Source: Balanoglossus misakiensis
Lineage: Eukaryota; Animalia; Hemichordata
DNA: 64,000 nucleotides
Assembly (NCBI GenBank): GCA_040954595.2
Contig: CM082591.2
Location: forward strand, 6,934,047 to 6,998,046
Reading direction: 5' to 3'
The first letter of the stretch is position 1, and every line of letters begins with the position of its first letter. Of this stretch, positions 24,901 to 37,000 are shown one piece after another. Below the pieces are notes generated by a model. That model was not told where the DNA came from and did not search any database. It was given only the letters and a program-made list of their open reading frames with translations. Position numbers and translations under genes: made by a program.

Positions 24901-27900
24901 TAAGACGGTATCCGATCTAAGACGCTTCAGAACCGTGCCTGTCTGACCCCCATAACGGTTCATGCCAGTTAGATCCCTACTGTAAATAAACCAAGTGATC
25001 CTTTGTGGAAGAAATTCGACGGTACATCATTATCGCAGATGTGGAAGAAGTCATACTGGTCTTTCGATGACAGTATTCTTTTTCTACGTCTGGAGTCGCG
25101 ATAACACCCTTTCATCCATGAAAACCATGTTCACATTGAGGTTTGACGCATTACTGGAGAAAAGTACACACAAACAAAATACCTTGCACACTGCCACGTT
25201 CTGACCAAACACAACCACCCGGATGTTGGTTAAACTGCTATTTGGTTTTCGGGCACTGAACGTGTTGATCTCCTCATACATGATTTTTGCAACTGTATCG
25301 CTTGGGTACTGTAGACCACCTGTTCCCATGGCGGGAATGGCTATAGATGACATGTTGGCTTGGTCGGCTGATTCCAGACACTTCTTGATGACGCCTCTCA
25401 TCAACTATTGATTAAAGATGAGTGTGAATTTGATTACAAACAATCCACAATGTTCGAAAGAATCGTCTCACGTATCCCCTGGATTCGCCAATAGGAATAA
25501 GTGACACAGATTCCTTTGGATATATTTCATTCGTCATAACATGCATTATGACTATTAAAATAGACCAAGTATCGCACAAAATTCCAATCACATAACAAAT
25601 ATTGTTAGGCCTTCCCATGATTGCAAATATCCATCCCATAAAATGGACGTCAGATGGCTCTAAGGTAACATCTTTTATGCAAATTAGTCAATGTCAAATG
25701 TCTTACTGGGTCGCATTTTTGTCCGCCATCCCAATGTGTATCCAAAATGCAAACATGATAAACACGTTGACATTTCAAGTTGCCTCCTCCTGTGGACACC
25801 ACGTCTCCTTCTTGAACAGGGTTGGGTTTGTTTTGGGTCAGTTCTGTCTGAAGTTGCTGGCCGGCAGCCTTCACCATTGCTTTCGCTAATACCCCATTAT
25901 CCAAGGAGCATGATGTGGTGATTGGATTAACCAGTGCATCAGCCTGGAAAGTAATACCGGGTTCACACAGGGTTAAATCTGAGACACTATTTGCCTATAT
26001 GTTAAACACAGATCATTAATCCTTTGAGTCATGTTGTGTCCACACACATAAAGTTTATGTATAGGCGCTGAGGCTCGGTCCCATAGACAATGGGTTGCGA
26101 GGAGGTGTTAATCCTCAAATCTGAGACGTTCCAGGACCACTTAAACCGTTCACACACACATTTACGCAAGTATTTGGTCTGAGACGTTTCAGAAACGTCT
26201 TAATGGTGTGTGAGTGTGTGATCCCCATACAAAATAGCTATTAGTGGTAAATGTTGCTTTTGGTAAATTGTTGTACTTCGTGAGGTATGTAAAATGAAAT
26301 AATACTGTACCTGTTCTTGAACTATGTCACCTTTAATCAGACTAACCGTCTTCCCTTCTGGTGTCTTGTAGGAGTTTCCACTAACGGATATGAATGTAGA
26401 TCCTGATGGGACTTGTAGTACAAAAACATTAAAATGAACAAATTATTCTACAGTTTTCACAGTACAATATTCCTGCATTTTCATGAAATAAATTGATCCT
26501 CACATAAATCTTAATATTTATATAAAAGTGAACTTAAAATTGCGTTGTAAGAAAACCAGACTGAATTTTCTATATGTTAAAAAGGAACAAAAGCAAACGA
26601 ATTCAATTAGTTTCAGAAAATTTCTCATCCACACCTACCAGTAACTCCTTGCGCACCAGTAAACCGTTTTAACTCATCTTCAAAAGCCTGTGTTATATTT
26701 CAAAAGACACAGGTATTTAGTTTAGTGCCAATGCATCATAGAAATATTTTATAATAAATTAATGGACCATTTTCCAAACTCCACAATACCCTGCGAGATC
26801 TCGCGTGGCTAGGCAGTTTGTACGGGAGGACATTGTCACGTGACATAGAGATACACATTAAAGGTAAACGGTCACCTCTTATTTACATACGCCCATACAT
26901 GGCTAAAATGGAGCATTTCAGTGTTCTGAAGAATATATTGTGGCGCTCTTTTTTTGCGTGTGCCACCCACTAAAAATCGGTGATTGGCCAGATCTCAATT
27001 TGCCATGGTAACTGTAGCTAAATTTACATGGGTGACCGTATACCTTTAATTACTCAAGAATATGCAGAGAATCCTATTATTCAGACTAAGTGACAAACCT
27101 TGATACTTGCTTGATCTTTGTCATAAACAACGACCATGAGTTCTTTAACAGGAGTGGTTGGGTGTCTCTTACTGAAAGAAGTGAATTCCTCATAAATGAT
27201 ACTGGCAACGACATCTCGAGGGTAGTTGAGTCCCCCAGTGCCCAGAGCCGGTACAGCAATCGATGACATGTTAGCCTGGTGTGCATTCTGGAAGCACTTT
27301 TGAAGGACACTTTGCAAAAGCTGTGAATAAATAAAACGTTACTACAGAGGAGCTGGCATACACGACTGAAAGATGTACAAGGGTGAACGAATGAGGGCGC
27401 TCGGAGGGCAGACACCTACATGTAATAATGTAACATTCCTCATGCAAATCCGTAATATTCCCTACATTCACAGTCAATCAAAACCTCGATGACAGTCTTT
27501 TCACAAAATTTTATTGTATTTACAAAGAGCACTGGTTTAGTAGTATCTCTTGCTTCATCTAAAATCCAGAACGAGGATGTAAAGCTTCAAATCAAAATGC
27601 GCATTTATAGCTGCAATTGAAAATAGCACATGCGTAATGGTGTCAGTATACCTATTTATAAACTCGATCGACCTGCCTATGCTCATCATTGCAACCCCAA
27701 AACATAAAATAATTTTACCGGTTTGACTTTTGTGCCTCCATCCCAGGAAGTTCCCAAGATACACAAATGATAAACATGGCTGCAATTCAGATTTGCACCT
27801 CCCGTCACTATGACGTCACCCTCGTTGACGGTCTGTGGTTTCTTCTGATTGATATCATTCTGGAGTTGTGGCCCAGCAGCCTTTAGGATAGCTTGTGACA

Positions 27901-30900
27901 CGACACCAGTGGATAGGTCACATTTCGTGCCGGTTGTGTTCACAATGACATCAGCCTAAGAAGAACACATAAGATTCAATCACTAACCAAATCTCTCTTT
28001 TCTCTCATTTTGCAAACAAAAATCGAGCTGCAGTAGTTCCATGATTCTTCATGTCGAAGACAATTTGCAGCCGAGAGACCCACCTGTTGATTGGCTATGC
28101 TTCCCTTCACGATTCTGACAACCTTTCCTTCAGCTGTTTTGAAACTTGTTGTATTTATTGCTGAAGCACGTGGCGCACTTGATATCGGCTTCTTCGAGTC
28201 TGTAAGTCCTGTGATAAAATAGAAATTGCAGAATGTGTCAAGAATTGACAAAAACACGAACTTCTTGTTTCGACGAATTACCTTGGAAATTTTACCGCGA
28301 TAACCAGAAACCTAAAATTGATCAGCCACAAATTCTTCTGTTTTTAAATCATCACAAGAATTTCGCGATAAGACTGCACAAATTACCCAGCTTGACTTGT
28401 GATATCGGTAGGCCTACTCCATGTAGTCTTGCCATCTCATCTTCAAATGCCTGTCGTGTGAACATAAGAAAATCGTCAACTGTTGAGTGATCATCAAAAA
28501 GCACACGGTCAATGTTGCAAAACAATGCACAATAAAAGTGTCAACTAAAGCTATGCAAATTTAGTGACAGTTGCCATGACAAGTTGAAATGTACATCATT
28601 CGCCCAAAGTCAACATAACAGTGCCGATCGCGAAGCCAAAAGTAAGATCATCTAACAGTTAAATAAAATGATCAACCAATTGAGTACAGCCAAACCTGTC
28701 TATGAAGGGATTTCCCTAAACTGGCCTTGATAGACAGGTGGCCTATATAGACAGGTCAATTAATTCCCATGTAAATTGTATACACGTACAGGGACTGTGG
28801 CCACTATAGACACGTTTTCATTGTGTGGACGGAGGTGGCCGCTAAAACAGGTTTGGCTGTATTCTACTGTAACATTTGGTCTCATTTCCCCAAAACGGTG
28901 AGTGCCACTTTACCTTACAAGTTTGCTGGTCCTGATCGTACACCACCACTTTCACATCTGACAAGGTACTTCCTGAATGTCTCTTACTGAACTTGATGAC
29001 TTCTCCATAAATAATGCTGGCTGTGATGGCTTTAGGATATCGAAGGTTACCAGTGCCCATTGCAGGAATCGCTATTGAGGTCATTTTGTTTCGGTGCGCT
29101 TCTTTCAGACACTTGTGAATTACACTGTGGAGTACCTGTAAAAATATTAAGCAACTATTGTTGTCATTTCAATGCTAAACATACCACAAAATATAGGCCA
29201 ATCATTAAAATACACATTAGGTCCAACCTGATATGCTTTTACTCATCCATGAAGAGTTCGTTGTCAGTTGGCTATCTCATCTCTTTCTTTTGCTTACTGA
29301 TTTTCCTTTCGCTTTTTAGCGTCTTTTTGGGTCAATCGTGTATAGACTTCCCCCTAGACTCTATGGCAGTCTATGTGCCTGTCTATTCTTCGATATCAAA
29401 TGACCTCAGACGCGCTCAGGCGGCAGTTACGTGCGCATTCAAATTTCCAGATGACGGGCAACTTCAGCAACGTGGTGCACACAAAGACTGTGCAGATGAA
29501 ATGCAATGAGGCTGATGAGGCACCATACCTGATACATGTTACGTGTTTGGCGGTTCTAAAGTAAAAACATATTCGGAAAAACTTTTACTAGATGCCGAAA
29601 TATTGCTTGCCCGTCATCTGAAAATGACAACGCCGTTGGTCACATGGCCAGATCACGTGATTTATAGTAAAGAATAAGGAATACATGGAATAGAACTTTC
29701 ATACTGCGTACGACGCGCTGCCAGGCCAAGTCCATAGGACGTTCTATACGTAACGCGGACGCGTATTTCAGTATCACACAGTCCTGGAGCAAGACTAACT
29801 TCCCCCTAAATCTTATTTTTATACAAGATGAAGATAATGCAACACACCTTAGTAGCATTTTTGCCATCATTCCACGGAGTGCCTAAGATGCAGACGTGAT
29901 ACACAGCCTGGCAGTTCAGGTTACCTCCACCAGTAGTGATCACATCTCCTTCATTAACCGCACCACCAACCTTTGCGTTAATGTCATCTTGAAGTTGTTG
30001 TCCAGCGGTTTGTAAGATGGCTTGAGAGATTGCTCCAGTGGACAGGTCGCATGTCTTTACAATGGTGTTCACAATTACGTCGGTCTATTGATAAAATACA
30101 ATTAATCATTATTTTATTAGCGAAACGACCACAATACTTAAAGCCCCTTCAGCTGCCAAATTTCAAATATTTTTTTCCAAAGTAAAATACTTCGAATATA
30201 TTCCCTATCCTCTAAAATCCTCACCATTAAGCCATTACATTTGCATCATTTTGTCATCTCTTGGCGACGCGTACCACGATAGTTGCGTACTGTTTGTATG
30301 GAGGCTGATTAAATGGGTGTGGCACCCGTTTAATCCATAGCGTGTTCAAATTGCAACATGCAGTCACAGTCGGGCATCAATAAGGTGTTCATGTATACCT
30401 ATCAGTAAGCTTATTTAGATGAACCAATTTAAGTTGGAAAATAAAATCATGAAATTAATGCAAATAGTGGCAGCTCTAGAGGCCGAGAGGGGAGGTTTTA
30501 CAGTCACTGCTCTCAGTGCATGGGTAACATCGGAATGCTTTTATATTGTTAAAACAGTTACATACCGTTTGCTTTGCGATATTTCCCTTCACCAGCTCGA
30601 TGTTCATCCCCTCAACTGTTGAGAAAATGTTTGAGTATGAGGGTTTGACGGACCATGCAGATCGCTGTGGAATAAGAAAATCCTCATCTGTAGCATCAAT
30701 GTCATCTCCATCACTAGAATCCACCTCCGTTTCATCCATGTAATCTGAAATATAATAAAATAAAATGTCCGCAGTGATGTGGGATTTGTCTGGAAAAGAC
30801 GTACAGTAAACTCATGAATAGCACATTTCAAAAATCATCTTGGCAGTTTCAAGAAACACATCAAGACTTATCTGTTTACAGAACCTACTAACAATAACTT

Positions 30901-30974
30901 CACATTGGAATTTTGACATTGTAAAGCGCCATTGAACACTACTGCAGTTTGCACTCTATAAATACCTGTGTTGG

Positions 30975-31040
<66 letters not shown>

Positions 31041-34000
31041 AGTTGGTTGGTTGGTTGGTTGGTTGGTTGGTTGGTTGGTTGATTGATTGATTGATTGATT
31101 GATTAATTGATTATTTGATTGATTGATTGATTGATTGAGTGAGTGAGTGAGTGAGTGAGTGAATGAGTGAGTGTGAGTGAGTGAGTGAGTGAGTGAGTGA
31201 ATGAGTGTGAGTGAGTGAATGAGTGAATGAGTGAGTGTGAGTGAACGAGTGAGTGTGAGTGAGTGAGTGAGTGAGTGAGTGAGTGAGTGAGTGAGTGAGT
31301 GAGTGAGTGAGTGAATGAGTGAATGAGTGAGTGTGAGTGAACGAGTGAGTTTGAGTGAATGAGTGAGTGAGTGAGTGAGTGAGTGAGTGAGTGAATGAGT
31401 GAGTGTGTGAATGAGTGACTTCTTAGCACGAGACAAACTTACCTGTGTGGTCAGATAGGTCTGCAACCTCGATCACACAAGTTGTTTGTTCTTCCAGCGT
31501 TCGAAGATAAGATTTGCCCTTTTCTTGAGAGAACAGTTTCTGCACTCCTGGTTCACAAATTTGGAGTTTGTCTCTGATGACGCCGTCGATTATTTTCGTC
31601 AGTTCAGATTTGACTGCTTTAATGTCATCTTCTGTACCTTTAAGTGATATCGAAGGAACTTTTCCTGTCAGGACTGGGTTGATCTGAACCTCTTGCAGTT
31701 GTCCCTGTTTTAACTTTTCGATGGTGTCTTTCCTGAACTTCACGAGGAACTGTAGCTCTCCATGGCCGGCCTTAACTTTATCTTCTATAATGGTGTACAC
31801 TTTAATGAACTTCACAAGTTCTGTTTCTATGGCAGATAGTGACGCCTTGAAACCAGTGACCTTGACACTTGAGGTAGTGTCTCTAGAAACGGCAATCTTT
31901 GCTGTGTGGTCATCTTGCAATTTCACCACCATTCCATCCCAATCACTGTGTTTCAATGCCATTTCTGACTGCGGGGGTATTTTGATGGTGATCTCATCGG
32001 CGGTCTCCGTAATAATCGCAAAGGCTTTCTGTACGCTTTCTTTATTCACTGCCGTGCAGAGAATTCCCTCGTCTTCCACAATGAAATCCGCTGCCAGGGT
32101 TTCCTCTTTGAATGTGGTGGATATTGTGTCGGTGACTTTTTCTGTTGCCAAGAAACTGACAAGGGACTTCGAAGGTGGCGAAACCCTCATGGTAGCCACC
32201 CTTTGCAAAGACTCGTACATTTCTACTTTTGCAGCATACACATCCGAACGAGGTCCCTCGAAGGATATGCTTTGGTTTGCACCATCTATCTGTACATCCA
32301 AGTCTGGGAAAGATTTCACAACGGTCTTGTCAAACTTCAAAATCATCAACTGCTTCAGTTTGAGATTATCCAGCTTGGTCAGTTCTTGAATCCGCTGCCG
32401 CTGTCTCTCCAGTTCTTCTTGTACACCATGGATCACCTTCTGCACGTTGGTTTGAAGTTGGTTTGTGTCGTCTACTCGTCCGGTTATGATGACAGTCGAT
32501 GAGTCGTCGTCAACTTCTGGCTCTAACCCTTTTGCAGCAAGCTTGTTTTTGACCTGCAGCCAAATGCCCTCGGGCACTGGTATAGATACACTCTTAAACT
32601 GGTTTGTGTGTTCTAAGAGTGTGTCTTCAACATCTTTCGACCATGTCTTCACTATTGCATGAACATTTGGTGTGGTTTCAGACAACGTGGGTTTGATGAT
32701 GACAGAACTTCCAGAATTCTCTTCAAATTCTATCTGACTGTGTTTTTGCTGCATATCACTCTCCAGCTCCGTCAAGTAAGTCTCGTTTCCTTTTATGAAA
32801 TCCATGACTTTCGCATTGACAGTGACTGATACCGCTTTGGGTAGAGTAGGAACGGGTTGTTCTTTGCTCACAACATACCCTATGCTTTCATGAAATGGCT
32901 GAACTTCGACTGATGTTCTTTGGATCGTGTGCTGTCTTTTCAGAACGGAATCGACCACTGTAAAAACAAACCACGGAAATGTTTCTTTTAAGTCTTTACG
33001 TAAAATGCATGCAATATTCATGCAAAGGTTTGATTGCAATGTCCTCAGATGTAGAAATCTTAACCCAAGAAACCCTGATGCATAGACCAAGGAAGAACCA
33101 TAGCCCTCTCCTTTTCTCCGTACAGAGATTGTAGCTAACCTATCTAGGGGGACTGGTAGTCTCGGTTACCCAGAGCCCTCTGCTTCTTCCGCTGGAGTGC
33201 CCAACGGAAGAAGCAGAGGGCTCTGGGTAACCGAGACTAGGGGGACTGGCCGCACCAATTATAGTGGCTGTCGGTCAGACCCTCTAGCTAGGTTAGAATT
33301 ATCCACGCGCTACAATCTCTGAGAATAATGAACGTACTTTGTTCATACATGTATGTAGCAAGTCAAGTTCTTGCAGCACCTTACCATTGTAATCCTGAAA
33401 ATAGACAAGGGCGGAATTTCGCTCTGGGTCAATCTTCACTTCACTGACATTGCCTCCACCACTTCTCTTCATGTTGTCAAAATATAATTCGAGAACATCA
33501 TCGCTGATACGAGGAGGAAGACCTTTCACTAACACGCAGTTGGATACTTCAACGGACATGGCAGACAACTTAGCACGCTTGAATGGTTTCGATTTTATCT
33601 TGTTAAGCACCTGAATTAAATCTAGACAGAGAAAGGTTTACTTCTATGTTAGAATGAAACCGTTCATAAATATGACAACGATTTCAGTTTAGTTTTGTCA
33701 TTTAAACCATGATATCTAATACCACAGAATAGATTTTCCCATATCATAACAAGACATGCATGGAAAGTATTACTAGTGAAAATACATGTACAATAATGTT
33801 ACATTAAATACTGCAAAGATTAGTCTTATGTCGTACACCAATGGATAAACAAAAAAAATTAATATCTTTATTTATTAGCGGTTTTTAATATTTGATTTAC
33901 AAGTCAGATAATTAAGATCACTGCAGTAATTACCTTTTAATTCATCCTGGTATCTTACTAGGACTCTTCCACGTTTCTCGCCGAAGTAAAACTCTGCAGG

Positions 34001-37000
34001 CTCCTCAATACCAGTACAATTTTCAAGATACATCTCAAGTTCCTCCCTCCTGGTGTCATCAGGCAAACCATCAATAAGTATGCTCCTCTTTTCAGTTGGT
34101 AGAATTTGTCGTTCTTTCACCTTCAGCACAGTGTTGTCCACTACATGTCTCTTTGCCAATACTCGTGTAGCAGCTAAAAAGATACATTGGTGATGACATG
34201 AAATAGGTAGACCAGACTTACACAAAATATTAGTAAAACCCTGACAGGCGAGCCTGTAAGGCAGTGGACTGCGATTGATTTATTTTTGCCTTTCTATTGT
34301 GGAAATGACTTGCAAGGTTATAAACACACTTCTGACAATTGTCCCTCAAGCCATCACATTGCATAGGAAACCGCCACCATCATCGTGAAGAATAACTTTG
34401 ACAATGAAAGCAACTACTTACCTTCAGGATCCTTAAATACCACCAATACAATCTTTTCATCTTTAACCTCGAAGCTCTGAATACTTCCCCCACCAGATCG
34501 TCTTTTATTCTCAAAATACATTTCCAATGTTTCTGTGTTGGTATTGGAGCTATATCCTGATACTTCTAGTGCGACCAGTACAGTTTCGTCTGCACCTATA
34601 TAAAATAAAACCGGGTTATTTATGTGTAAATTTGAATACTATCAGCATGTTGTCTGTCTGTCTGTCGGTCTGTCCAGTTGCTATGATTATTGCATAATAT
34701 ATACCACTTAATATTTAGTCACTGCAGTAACCAAATGTCAGTTATGCTATTATATCCAACAATTTTCTTTGAATTGGCATTATTGGCAATCAAACTCTCT
34801 TTCAAAATGATCGGTCGTTACCTTTTCTCTCAACTTGTTCTTTCTTTTGTGTCTGGTCAGTTTTCATCTCCTGTTTCTTTTTGGTCTGGACTGGACTTTC
34901 CTCGGGCTTTTTCTCTTCCATTTTTGTTTTAGAACTTGGTTGTTGCTTGGTTACTCCACGTTCTGGAGACTGCTTCACAGCTGCAGGTTTGTCTGGTGAA
35001 GTCTGCGGCTGCCTCTGTGGAAGTGGTTGGTCAGGACGGCCAGGATATTGTGGATGAGTTGCCCCAGGAAAAGGCGGCAAACTGCCATACTGCATGTCAT
35101 GTTGGAAACCTCCCGGATGTGGGTAAGGTGGTGGATATCCTGGCCATGGACCATACGGGTGCTGCATCGGCCATCTTGGTTGTGGCTGACCCGGATGTTG
35201 CTGCCATGGTGGCGGTGGGGGTTGTGGCGACTGCTGGAAGTGCGACCATTCGTTGCCTTGTGGACCAGGTGGTAGAGTACCAAATTGAGGATTGTACCAC
35301 GATTCATTTAATCGCTGTTGATGTTGATGCTGTGGATGTTGCCATGGAGGATTCAAGAAGGGTTGCTGATGTTGTTGTTGTTGCTGCTGCTGCTGATTAT
35401 GATGAGGAAACTGGTGTTGTATATTCGGATGTTGCATGTCTGTCTGGGAATGCGGATACTGGTACGACCGTTGTTCATTCGGCTGTCCACTTTGCACAGT
35501 CGGATTCTTATGGCTTTGGTTTAATGGCGGTAGTGATTGAGGTTGTAATAACGGTTGTTGATTCTGGAGCTGAGGCTGTTCTTGCAGATGAGATTGGGGT
35601 TGTTGCTGCAAGTGGGATTCGGGTTGTTGCTGTAGACGAGATTGGGGTTGTTGGCTTGTCTGTGACAGTCGCTGATTCAAAATCACGGGTTGATTTTCAC
35701 GTTGATTATCTTGATGCTGTGCTTGTAGTGGTACATCATAACCCTGTGGTTTCCCCGCTGGCGTCATTGCTGGTTTTGGTTGTTGCTTCTTTTGTGGCTG
35801 ATAGTTTTGACCCATGGCATCTCTGCTGGTTGCGCGTTCAGGTTCCTCATCACTATGGCAATGTATGGCATCATCATCATCATCATCATCTTCCTCTTCT
35901 CTCATAGGCATGGGTTCACTTTCTTTTTCAACTTTCTGTTTTATTCCTATACTGTTTTCGGGTTGTTCCATAGATTGAGTATCACATGTGCCTGAATTTC
36001 CCCAAAGCTTGGATTCCTCGTGGACATCACTTTGTTCGGGTTGATCACTCTCTTCAGTGGTCTCGACGTCATCTTGTGGTGTATGGCCGGTTTCCAGTTT
36101 GTCTTGGTCTTCTCGCTGAAGTTCTTGAGTCAGTGTAGCTTCACTCTGTGTTGGTCTATTTGGCTTAGGTGGTAGTTTTGGGGGCGCCTTCTTTGGTATG
36201 TCTTGTGGGGCAGGTGATTGATCTTGCATTGCAAGCTTCTCGCCTGAATTTAGGGGTTGTTGTGGAGCGCTTTGCGACTGCTTCGGTTGTTCTTTGGCCG
36301 CTGGTGTGACATGTTGATTGGGGTCACCAGTTTCTGTCTCCGACTCGTTTGACTCTCTCCCACTATTCAAAGTCAAGGTCGTTTTAAGTTCCGCCATCAG
36401 ATTTCTTAGTGCCTGTGGTTTATCTGTTGAAGATGTGCTATGTTCCTGGACTTGTTGGTCCGATTCAGTTGGTGGTTTAGATTCTGATGCTGCGGCGCAT
36501 GGTACAGAATGCAACGTTGTGGATTGTCCGTTGACATCATCACTTGTATCTGATGGAGTCTCTCTTTCATCTTCCCCCTCACTCTGTGATGAGACATCGT
36601 CTCCTTCCTCGTCAACCTTTTCAGCATCACCACGTTCCCCTAAAAATATAAACTCCGAACTGTCATTCAGACAAGTTCCATCTCTACCAGTTGTAGATTC
36701 GGTTTCTTCATAATTGCCAGATGTGTCTTCGGCATCTGCCTCTTGCTGCATGGTCATCGACGCGCTTCCATCTTTCGTCTCTTGTTCCATGCTTTGACTG
36801 TCCCCACTTTGAGTTGGGTCCAATCCCGTCGTCTCAGTTGATTTATCGTCGAACTCTGAAATTTCCCAGACGTTGTTTCCATCAAGATCCTCGCCATGCT
36901 CAGCAAGAATGCTCCCTTCCATGGCATCGGTGTTTTTGTTCGGGGTGGGCTCACTTTCGCACTAAAACGAAAATTATGTTTTTACAGATTTTAGCATGCG

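Noticed and set aside
30939-31466. ORFs rich in THSL/NQSI repeats (also 56601..57008)
   Set aside because: Translations of intronic tetranucleotide microsatellites.
34936-35907. 323-aa plus-strand ORF (and similar at 31721, 57110, 60864)
   Set aside because: Antisense shadows of PARP coding exons with no independent features.
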